64,000 bases of DNA from Malacoraja senta (lineage: Eukaryota), in the NCBI GenBank assembly GCA_038087875.1, contig CM075996.1, forward strand, positions 2,358,001 to 2,422,000, written 5' to 3'. A model generated the notes under the pieces. That model did not search any database, was not told the origin of the DNA, and worked only from the letters and a program-made list of their open reading frames with translations. This document shows positions 37,990 through 47,200 of this stretch, piece after piece. Both the position numbers and the translations under genes were made by a program. Positions within the stretch are counted from its first letter, which is position 1; the number at the start of each line of letters is the position of its first letter.

Positions 37990-38820
37990 ATCCGGTGGCG
38001 CTGTTGTGGCTGCCTCCGCCTACAGTCTGTTTGTCTTTTTATCTTTTTTATTTTTAGTATGTTTAAAGTATGTTTTTTTTGTTGTATTTTATGTGGGGGA
38101 GGGGGGTAGGTTAAGGGGGAAACCGTCCTTCAGTCAATTCCTGGCGAGGATGCGACTATTCTCCGAGTAGCGTCCTCGCCCCCCCTCCTCGCGGCCTACC
38201 AACTGGATTGGCGCGGCCTTTCCTGCCGGGGACCTGGACCAGAGCTTCAGCAGCGGCGGGGCAGCGCTGGATACATCGCAGAGCGGGCGATGCCTTACCT
38301 GGGTCGCCGTTTGAAGCTCCGGAGTGTTGGGCCTGCTGCTTCAACATCGCGGAGCTGTGGTTTGCGGAGCTCCCGGCGCGAGCGGGCGGCGCTGACAAAC
38401 ACGGCGGAGCCCTGGGACCCTTTGCCGGGGGCCGCCAGCATTGAAGCTCCGCCCAGCTCGGCCTGTGGACTTCGGGACCCGCGGTCTCCGGTGGGAGGCG
38501 GCCGATTCGGAGGTCCGGGCCGCTGAGGATGTTCTTGCGTGCTGAAGTCGGGGTTCCATCGTTCCCGGCGAGAGGGCCTGAACATCGGGCCGCCCGTAGC
38601 GGCGATTGCGCGGGGCTCGGGAGGCCACGACCAAGGGGGGACATCGGGGAACAACGGCGAGGAGGTTGACTGGACTTTGGTGCCACTGTGGGGATGTTTG
38701 TGTTGTGGACTATTGTGTTCTGTGTTTTAGTTTTTTTTTATTCGTATGACTGTATGGGAAATAGCATTTCGCTGTCTCTTACTTGAAGACAATGAATCAA
38801 ATCAAATCAAATCAATCAAT
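37990..38820 (+). mobile_element. GC/CpG-rich non-autonomous retroposon-like repeat
   Basis: The 3' half is shared with 7180-7540, 45900-46078 and 4303-4470 (minus). Ends in (aatca)n. Confidence 0.6.
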
Positions 38821-38939
38821 ATATTTGTTGAATGAAACACTGAATGTTGGAGCTCGTCGATGTCCTCACATAATGACAGGGACAGCGGGGGGGGGGGGGG
38901 GGCGGGAGGAAGCAGTTTAATTTACTTTTAAAGGCATCT

Positions 38940-39212
38940 TCAGGGCACGGACAGCTTGCATTTCCTGCAGCATTGGTTACAGGTGAAGGTGAGGTGGCAC
39001 ATGCGGATCTTCGCCACCAGGGGCAGCACTGCCTGGTCCACCAGGTGTTGGAGAGCTTCCCCTTGCACTGAGCTCTGGTCCGCGGGGCTGTGGATAGAAG
39101 CACAGGTAGGGGTCAGGTCAGGGTCCGCCAGTGTGGGTAGTAGAGGCAGCATCCCCCCGCCCCCCCCCCCACCCCTCCCGTCCGGGAGTCCAGAGGTCAA
39201 GTTGACGTTGGT
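38940..39212 (-). CDS. Uncharacterised protein, probable last exon ending ...EALQHLVDQAVLPLVAKIRMCHLTFTCNQCCRKCKLSVP-stop (5' boundary uncertain)
   Basis: Open frame from the AG at 39214-13 to TGA at 38940. An alternative acceptor near 39088 needs a different phase. ATTAAA on the minus strand at 38921-38916. Confidence 0.45.
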   Translation of the reverse strand, partial: TNVNLTSGLPDGRGGGGGGGMLPLLPTLADPDLTPTCASIHSPADQSSVQGEALQHLVDQAVLPLVAKIRMCHLTFTCNQCCRKCKLSVP

Positions 39213-39409
39213 CTGAAGAAGGGTCTCGAATTGAAAAGGAGAGAAGGAATGGGTGACGAATGCTGGAGGAACTCAGAAGGGCAGGCAGCATCTCTGGAGA
39301 GAAGGAATGGGCGACGTTTCGGGTCGAGACCCAAAGGGTCACGAAACGTCACCCACTCCTTCTCTCCAGAGATGCTGCCTGTGCCGCTAAGTTACTCCAG
39401 CACTTTGCG

Positions 39410-39596
39410 TCCTTCTCCTCCTCCTTGTCATCCTCCTCCTCCTCCTCCTCTTCCTCTTCCTCTTCCTCTTCCTCTTCCTCTTCCTCTTCCTCTTCCTCTT
39501 CCTCTTCCTCTTCCTCCTCTTCCTCTTCCTCTTCCTCTTCCTCTTCCTTTTCCTTTTCCTCCTCCTCCTTCTCCTCCTCCTTCTCCTTCTCCTCCT
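39410..39596. repeat. (CCT)n/(CCTCTT)n polypyrimidine microsatellite
   Basis: Directly visible. Confidence 0.95.
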
Positions 39597-39689
39597 AAAG
39601 TTGTAGGACAACTTGTTCTATTTGATCTAATTTGATTGTGCGCGCCGGGTTGATTGCGTTCGTCGAAACAGGGTGAAGGTTGCAATCTC
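39594..39689 (-). mobile_element. Second, damaged copy of the ribozyme-headed retroposon
   Basis: Near-identical to 11537-11640, but 5'-truncated and lacking cggaccacg from the P3/P1 region. Confidence 0.8.
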
Positions 39690-40303
39690 GAGGAAGATGA
39701 GGAAACACTTTTTCTCACAGAGAGCGGTGAGTCTGTGGAATTCTCTGCCTCAGTGGGCGGTGGAGGCCGGTTCTCTGGATGCTTTCAAGAGAGAGCTAGA
39801 TAGGGCGCTTAAAAATAGCGGAGTCAGGGGATATGGGGAGAAGGCAGGAACGGGGTACTGATTGGGGATGATCAGCCAAGATCACATTGAATGGCGCTGC
39901 TGGCTCAAAGGGCCAAATGGCCTACTCCTGCACCTATTGTCTATTGTCTATTGTCTATCTCCCACCCCGTGTCGATCTTCGATGTTGGGGGGAGTTGAGA
40001 ACCTGGGGCCACGGTTTAAGAATAAGTGGTCGGCCATTTAGGACTGAGATGAGGAAGAACTTCTTCACCCAGAGAGTTATGAGTTTGTGGAATTCTCTGC
40101 CACAGAAGGCGGGGGAGGCCAATTCACTGGATGTTTTCAAGACAGAGTTAATTTAGTTCTTAGGGCCAATGGCATCAAGGGATATGGGGAGAAAGCAGGA
40201 ATGGGGCACTGGGTGTTTGGTGGTCAGCAGGGACACGATGGGCCGAAGGGCCTGTTTCTCTGCTGATTAACTCCATGCCATTGATCCAGCCAGACACACT
40301 GAC

Positions 40304-40445
40304 CTTAAATATCCCTGGCTGGATGTTCCTTTGGCTTCTGTTGGTTTCCAGAAGGTTCTGGATGTTTTCGATCAGCGGCTTGAGGTGGTTGAGGTTGCTG
40401 ACGTTCTGCTGGATCTGGTCAAATGCTGAGAACAACATCTTCGAG
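40304..40445 (-). CDS. Uncharacterised protein exon (TSKMLFSAFDQIQQNVSNLNHLKPLIENIQNLLETNRSQRNIQPGIFK)
   Basis: Strong acceptor tcttttctctcctccccgacttcag and aag|gtcag donor. Phase-2 start matches the previous exon. Confidence 0.7.
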
Positions 40446-41009
40446 CTGAAGTCGGGGAGGAGAGAAAAGAGAAAGAGTTTAGTTTAGAGATACGGGGGGG
40501 AAAGAGGGCCCTTCGACACCGACCAGCGATCCCCGCACATTAACCACTATCCTACACACACTAGGGACAATTTACACTTGTACCAAGCCAATTAATCTAC
40601 AAACCTGTACGTCTTTGGAATGTGGGAGGAAACCGAAGATCTCGGAGAAAACCCACGCAGGTCACGGGGAGAAGGTACAAACTCCGTACAGACAGCACCC
40701 GTAGTCAGGATCGAACCCGGGTCTCTGGCGCTGTGAGGCAGCCACTCTACCGCTGCGCCACCGTGCCTATGTCTGAGTCTCCCAGGGGCAGGAAGGAAGT
40801 TTTGGTGAGGGTTGGGCACTTGCTCCCCTCAAGTTACTGGGTTAAATGAAACAATGACATCTTGGCCAAAAGAGGCACAAAGTTCTGGAGGACTTCAGCT
40901 GGACCAGGCAGCATCTCCAGTGAGGTAGGTAGTAGCTGAGGACCGCTCTCTAGTTGGTGATAGGATGGTTCACTTGCCTGATGGCAGCTGGGAAGAAATT
41001 GTTCCTGAG

Positions 41010-41553
41010 GCGTTGTAGAAAGCATCTTATCGGGATGCTTCACAGCACGGTTTGGGAACAGCCCCATCCAAGACCCGCAAGAAATCGCAGAGAGTTGTGG
41101 ACGCAGCCCAGACCATCACGCAAACCAACCTCCCTTCCATCGACTCCATCTACACCTCACGCTGCCTCGGCAAGGCCAGCAGCATCATCAAGGACCAGTC
41201 TCACCCGGCCACTCCCTCTTCTCCCCTCTCCCATTGGGAAAAAGGTACAGAAGTGTGAAAACGCACACCTCCAGATTCAGGAGCAGTTCCTTCCCAGCTG
41301 TTATCAGGCAACTGAACCATCCTACCACACCCAGAGAGCAGTCCTGAACTACTATCTACCTCATTGGTGACCCTTGGACTATCCTTGATCGGACTTTGCT
41401 GGCTTTACCTTGCACTAAACGTTATTCCCTTATCATGTATCTGTACACTGTAAGTGTCTCAATTGTAATCATGTATTGTCTTTCTGCTGACTGGTTAGCT
41501 CGCAACAAAAGCTTTTCACTGTACCTCGTTACACGTGACAATAAACTAAACTG
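41010..41553 (+). mobile_element. Rex1/Babar-type LINE 3' end; related pieces at about 17880-18230 and 36447-36670
   Basis: RKKSQRVVDAAQTITQTNLPSIDSIYTSRCLGKASSIIKD, with tail gtgacaataaactaaact. Confidence 0.85.
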
Positions 41554-41556
41554 ACA

Positions 41557-41812
41557 CGAGGGGGTCGTGGGGGGATCGGGGGCAAGGGGGTTTGGGAGTC
41601 GGAGGTCAAGGGTCGGGGGAGGTGGGAGTCGGAGGTCGAGGGTCGGGGCGAGGGGGTTGGGGTCGGAGGTCGAGGGAAGGTGGGAGTCAGAGGTCGAGGG
41701 TCGGCGGCGAGGAGAGTTGGGAGTCGGAGGTCGAGGGTCGGGGGAGTTGGGAGTCGGAGGTCGAGGGTCGGGGTGATGGGGGTCCGGTAGGTCGAGGGCC
41801 AGGGGTCAGGGG
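41557..41812. repeat. G-rich minisatellite (gggagtcggaggtcgagggtcggg units)
   Basis: About six degenerate ~30-bp units. Confidence 0.85.
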
Positions 41813-41824
41813 GATGCCTCTCAC

Positions 41825-42016
41825 GTGTGGGCGATTGTGTCTATCTCAGACTTCAGGTCGCGCAGCATGCGTGCAGTGCGCTGGTGCTCTTTGTGGGTGC
41901 GCTCCCACTGCAGCTGCAGCTCCTCGAACCGCCCCTGGAACTGGCTCAGTGTCCTCAACTCGTCCTGCCGCAGCCACGACTGGCTCTGGTGACGGCTCAC
42001 AGAGCCCACGCTCCCT
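41825..42016 (-). CDS. Uncharacterised protein, coiled-coil exon ([63 protein letters not shown])
   Basis: Pyrimidine-rich acceptor, GTGAG donor, 192 nt, phase 2-2, GC3-rich codons, heptad-like composition. Confidence 0.7.
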
Positions 42017-42075
42017 CTGGGGGGGCGGGGAGAGACAGTGATGGGTAAACCAGCGCAAACACACAGCAGGGACAG

Positions 42076-42126
42076 CACACACACGCACACGCACACGCAC
42101 GCACACGCACACGCACACACACACAC

Positions 42127-42170
<44 letters not shown>

Positions 42171-42274
42171 ACACACACACACACTGACACACGCACACAC
42201 ACACTGACACACACACACACACACACACGCGCACACACACACACACACGCACACACACACGCACACGCACACAC

Positions 42275-42341
<67 letters not shown>

Positions 42342-42684
42342 CACACACACACGCACACACACGCGCACACACACACGCACACGCACGCACGCACACACAC
42401 GCACGCACGCACGCACACACGCACACACACGCACACGCACACGCACATGCACGCACACACGCACACACGGACACACACACACACATGCACACACGCACGC
42501 ACGCACACGCACACACGAGCACGCACGCACGCACACACGCACACACACACACGCACACACCCGCACACACACACGCACACACGACACACACACACACATG
42601 CACACACGCACGCACGCACACGTACACACACGCACACACGCACACGCACAGACAGAGACACACACACACACACACACACACACA
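42076..42684. repeat. (CA)n/(CACG)n microsatellite filling an intron
   Basis: Directly visible. Confidence 0.97.
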
Positions 42685-42733
42685 ATCTCTCTCTCCTTCC
42701 AGCTTCCCCTCTTCTTCCCCAGCACTGACCTAC

Positions 42734-43029
42734 CTCACTCTCTCTGTCGGCAGTTCTGTGGTGTTTGGCTCTTGATCCTCAATGCCCGCAGCTGTGATGT
42801 TGGGCTCCTGCCCCTCGCTGCCCGCGGCTGTGATGTTGGGCCCCTTCCCCTCGTTGCCAGTGCTGTTGGGCACTTGTCCAAGGCTGCCCGTGGCCGTGGC
42901 ATTGGGCACTCGCCCCTCTCTGCCAGCGTCTGTCCCCGTGCCAGCCCGGCTATCCGCCTCCTTGGCCCCGCTCAGCCGAGCGGCCAGTACCTGCCTGAGG
43001 TCGCCCATAGACCGGGCGATCTGCTCCAT
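42734..43029 (-). CDS. Uncharacterised protein, first visible coding exon ([19 protein letters not shown]...PNxT repeats...ERVR); exon acceptor at 43172
   Basis: gcgATGg in strong Kozak context. Phase-2 donor ag|gtagg matches the next exon. The frame is blocked by TGA TGA just inside the acceptor, so the true start is uncertain. Confidence 0.5.
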
Positions 43030-43224
43030 CGCCTGGAGCTGTGGGCCGGCGGGCACCAGCGTTGACCCTAGCACCCCTATGCCTACCACACCGAGGTCAT
43101 CGTCCCTCGCCAGCCTCTCCTGCCACTGCAGTGATCCCTCTTGATCTTCTGGCACGGTTCATCAGCTTCTCCTGCAGGCACAAACAGCACCATTGGCAAT
43201 CAGTGTCTACGCCTTTGCACTGTT

Positions 43225-43566
43225 TTTTTAATAAATATTAATTTTATTAGAAGCAATTGTACAAGGAGAAAGTAATCGACATAACAATTATACAGTTTTC
43301 GTACAACTTCAGTATTAACATTTTATAAACTGATAAGTGAATCGGAAAAAAGTAAAAAGGAAAGAATGGAAAGGAAGAAGAAAGATACGAAAAAGAAAGA
43401 AGAAAAAAACCCCTAAACTAACAAAGAAGTGAATTTAAAAGAAGCGTAGATATGTCCCCACTACCCTTCCCTACACCCGCTCACCCGACCCTAGCGTCGG
43501 TTTCGAATTTGTGTTCAACCATTCTGTTGTTGAAAGAAATTCAATGAAAGGAGACCATGTTTTGGA
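43225..43566 (-). mobile_element. 5'-truncated L1/Tx1-like LINE
   Basis: KTWSPFIEFL ORF2 end, T-rich 3' UTR, AATAAA and poly(A), 14-bp TSD gcctttgcactgtt (43211-43224 and 43567-43580). Confidence 0.75.
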
Positions 43567-44038
43567 GCCTTTGCACTGTTGACCTGAGAGGGTCCTAGAG
43601 TCTTACACCGCGGAAACAGGCCCTTCGGCCCATCCCGTCCATGCAGACCAAGATGCCCCACCTACGCTAGTCCCACCTGCCCGTCTTTGGCCAAACCCCT
43701 CCAAAGCTGCGGAAGAAAGAACTGCAGACGCTGGTTTAAATCAAAGCTAGACGCAAAATGCTGGAGTAACTCAGCGGGACAGGCAGAATCTCTGGAGAGA
43801 AGGAATGGGCGGCGTTTTCAGGTCGAGACCCTTCTTCTGAAGAAGTGTCTGAAGAAGGGTCTTCAACCCGAAACGTCACCTATCCACGTTCTCCAGAGAC
43901 GCTGCCTGACCCGCTGAGTTACTCCAGCACTTTGTGTCTGTCTTCGGTGTAAACCAGCATCTGCAGTTCCCTCCTCCACATATAAGTGCAGAGAGACAGG
44001 TGCGTCTTTATTGAAAGGGCCTGTCCCACTTGGCGATT

Positions 44039-44238
44039 NNNNNNNNNNNNNNNNNNNNNNNNNNNNNNNNNNNNNNNNNNNNNNNNNNNNNNNNNNNNNN
44101 NNNNNNNNNNNNNNNNNNNNNNNNNNNNNNNNNNNNNNNNNNNNNNNNNNNNNNNNNNNNNNNNNNNNNNNNNNNNNNNNNNNNNNNNNNNNNNNNNNNN
44201 NNNNNNNNNNNNNNNNNNNNNNNNNNNNNNNNNNNNNN
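44039..44238. other. Assembly gap (200 N)
   Basis: Run of exactly 200 N, flanked by repeat fragments. Confidence 1.
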
Positions 44239-44841
44239 TGAGTTACTCCAGCATTTTGCGTCTATCTATTAAAGTCGGGGCTATACGGTGGTGCAGCTGG
44301 TTGAGTTGCTTGTGATAGGAGCAGAATTAGGCCATTCGGCCCATCAAGTCTACTCCGCCATTCAATCGTGGCTGATCTATCTCTCCCTCCTAACCCCGTT
44401 CTCCTGCCTTCTCCCCATAACCTCTGACACCCGCACTAATCAAGAATCTATCTATCTCTGCCGTAAAACATCCACTGACTTGGCCTCCACAGCCTTCTGT
44501 AGCATGGGGGAGGGGGGGAGAACTGTGCCCATGATCACTGCACACACAATCAGGAAGTTTAAACCGGGCACAACATTTGAACTGGGTAAGATAGGAACCA
44601 GCAAAACAATTTTTTGAAAGTGTGGTGGAATTTGGGACTCTACCAGAGCAGCGGTAGAGTTGCTGCCTCACAGCTCCAGAGACCCGGGTTCGATCCTGAC
44701 TAGGAGTGCTGTCTATACGGAGTTTGCACCTTCTCCCCGTGACCTGCGTGGGTTTTTCTCCGGGCGCTCTGGTTTCCTCCCACACTCCAAAGACGTGCGG
44801 GTTTGTAGGTTGATCGACCCCTCTGTAAATTGCCCCCTAGA

Positions 44842-45656
44842 TAACATAGAAACATAGAAAATAGGTGCAGGAGTAGGCCATTCGGCCCTTCGAGCCTGCA
44901 CCGCCATTCAATATGATCATGGCTGATCATCCAACTCAGTATCCCGTACCTGCCTTCTCTCCATACCCCCTGATCCCTTTAGCCACAAGGGCCACATCTA
45001 ACTCCCTCTTAAATATAGCCAATGAACTGGCCTCGACTACCCTCTGTGGCAGAGAGTTCCAGAGATTCACCACTCTCTGTGTGAAAAAAGTTCTTCTCAT
45101 CTCGGTTTTAAAGGATTTCCCCCTTATCCTTAAACTGTGACCCCTTGTCCCGGACTTCCCCAACATCGGGAGCAATCTTCCTGCATCTAGCCTGTCCAAC
45201 ACCTTAAGAATTTTGTACGTTTCTATAAGATCCCCTCTCAATCTCCTAAATTCTAGAGAGTATAAACCAAGTCTATCCAGTCTTTCTTCATAAGACAGTC
45301 CTGACATCCCAGGAATCAGTCTGGTGAACCTTCTCTGCACTCCCTCTATGGCTATAATGTCCTTCCTCAGATTTGGAGTCCAAAACTGAACGCAATACTC
45401 CAGGTGTGGTCTCACCAAGACCCTGTACAACTGCAGTAGAACCTCCCTGCTCCTATACTTAAATCCTTTTGCTATGAAAGCTAACATACCATTCGCTTTC
45501 TTCACTGCCTGCTGCACCTGCATGCCTACTTTCAATGACTGGTGTACCATGACACCCAGGTCTCGCTGCATCTCCCCTTTTCCTAGTCGGCCACCATTTA
45601 GATAATAGTCTGCTTTCCTGTTTTTGCCACCAAAATGGATAACCTCACATTTATCC
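44842..45656 (-). mobile_element. CR1 LINE 3' fragment (ORF2 C-terminus intact over ~240 aa)
   Basis: KCEVIHFG...RDLGV...LVRPHLEYCVQFW...RRLRGDLIETYK, with an (ATGTTTCT)n tail. Confidence 0.93.
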
Positions 45657-46231
45657 AGAACTAGTGTGAACGGGCGAAGAATGGGTTGGCATGGACTGGA
45701 TGGGCCGAAGGGCTGGGATCTCCGGTTTCCCTCCCACACTCCAAAGACGTACAGGTTTGTGGGTTAATTTGGCATCGGTAAAAATTGTAACGTGTCTCTG
45801 GTGTGTGTCGGGAGTGTTCAGTGCGGGGGTTCGCTGGCCGGCGTGGACTCGGTGGGCCGAAGGGCCTGTTTCCGCGCTGTATCTCTACACTGTGTGAAAA
45901 AGGAGGAGGACTGGCTGAACTTTGTTGCCTGCCTTCCACCACAGTGGAGAATGCTGTGGTGGAAGTTTGCGTTAAATTTTATTGTGTGCTGTGTGATCTT
46001 TTTGAGTGTATCGCTGCTGGCAAATTCACATCACTGCACCTTCGGGTGTATGTGACGAAAAACTTTGATTTTGACCTTGAAAACTGCCGGCATAAATTCC
46101 AAGATGTCCCACATTTAATGAAACAGCTTCGTGCCGATAATCTCATTGAACGCAGGGACTGGCCGGTGTTGGACGCACGTCACCGGCGTCACCGCTGGGT
46201 TTGGTGTTGACGACCTTTTTGTCTTCCGCAG

Positions 46232-46321
46232 GCCCCAGTCGCAGGTTTAAACGAGTGGTGCAGACAATTCAAGCACAGTTGTTAAGCGCGCATGATCAGC
46301 CCCTGGCCCAGACACTTGCAG
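46232..46321 (+). CDS. BRSK1/2: BRSK (SAD) serine/threonine kinase, penultimate exon ([30 protein letters not shown])
   Basis: AG/GTAAG boundaries. Matches the end of the BRSK KA1 domain, [22 protein letters not shown]. Confidence 0.92.
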
Positions 46322-46477
46322 GTAAGCGATCTACGCCCCTCGCTCTGTCTGATAACGTTCCTGCTAGACCACAAGAAGGGCTGAAGGGCCAGCTTCCATC
46401 ACCTTTCCCAAATGTGTGAGTGGAGGTTCTCAGTTTAGATTTCTCCCCCGGTTAGTTTATTATTTGTAATTATTTAT

Positions 46478-47011
46478 CCTTTCTTTCTCTCTCCCTCCAT
46501 CTCTCTATCTACCCCTTTCTCTCCCTCCCTCTCTCCTTCTCCCTCCCCCCCAAATCCACCTCCCCTCTCTCTCTCCTCCATCCTCTTCCTCCTCCCCACT
46601 TCATCTCCCTCCCCCGCTCTCTCCCTCCCTCCCTCCCTCCCTTCCCCTCCCCCTCTCTCCTCCCCCTCTTCCTCCTTCCCCATCTCTCCCTCCTGCCCGT
46701 CCCTCTCTCCTCCTCCTCTCTCCCCTCTTCCTCACTCTCTCACCCACTTTCTCTCCCTCTCCCTCACCCTCCCTCTCTACTCCCCCCCTTCCTCCCTCTC
46801 CCTCTCTCTCCCCCTCTCTCTCCTCCCTCTCTCTTCCTCACTCTCACCCACTTTCTCTCCCTCTCCCTCACCCTCCCTCTCTACTCCCCCCCTTTCCTCC
46901 CTCTCCCTCTCTCTCCCCTCTCTCTCCTCCCTCTCTCTTCCTCCTCCCCCTCTCTTCCTCACTCTCTCACCCACATTCTCTTCCCTCTCCCTCCCCTCTC
47001 CTCCCCCCCCC
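46478..47011. repeat. CT-rich low-complexity tract with an internal ~95-bp duplication, upstream of the BRSK last exon
   Basis: Directly visible. Confidence 0.9.
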
Positions 47012-47015
47012 ACAG

Positions 47016-47200
47016 ATGAGAAGAACGGGCAGTTCAGTCACCCGGCAGGAACGTCGATCCGAGGGGCACAGAGCATGCCCCGGGCATGGAATGACTCCGA
47101 GTCCGTGGAGCACTTCAGGCGAGGAGATTCCAAGCACTCGTCCTCCTTGAAGGAGAAGCCCAAACTCCTATCATCCAACGGCACCCAAAGTCAACCATAA
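47016..47200 (+). CDS. BRSK1/2: BRSK kinase last exon (DEKNGQFSHPAG...KEKPKLLSSNGTQSQP-stop)
   Basis: Phase 1 match. DEKNG is shared by BRSK1 and BRSK2. KLLSSNGT resembles BRSK1 KLLATNGT. TAA ends at 47200. Confidence 0.88.

Noticed and set aside
38156..38686. Overlapping GC-rich ORFs resembling a CpG-island gene
   Set aside because: The sequence is shared with other dispersed copies in the window and ends in a retroposon tail. I found no HDV fold at its 5' end.
39231..39718. Poly-Ser, poly-RK, poly-PL and poly-GR ORFs
   Set aside because: Frames of the (CCTCTT)n microsatellite.
43986..44315. ORFs containing X runs
   Set aside because: Artefacts of the N gap.
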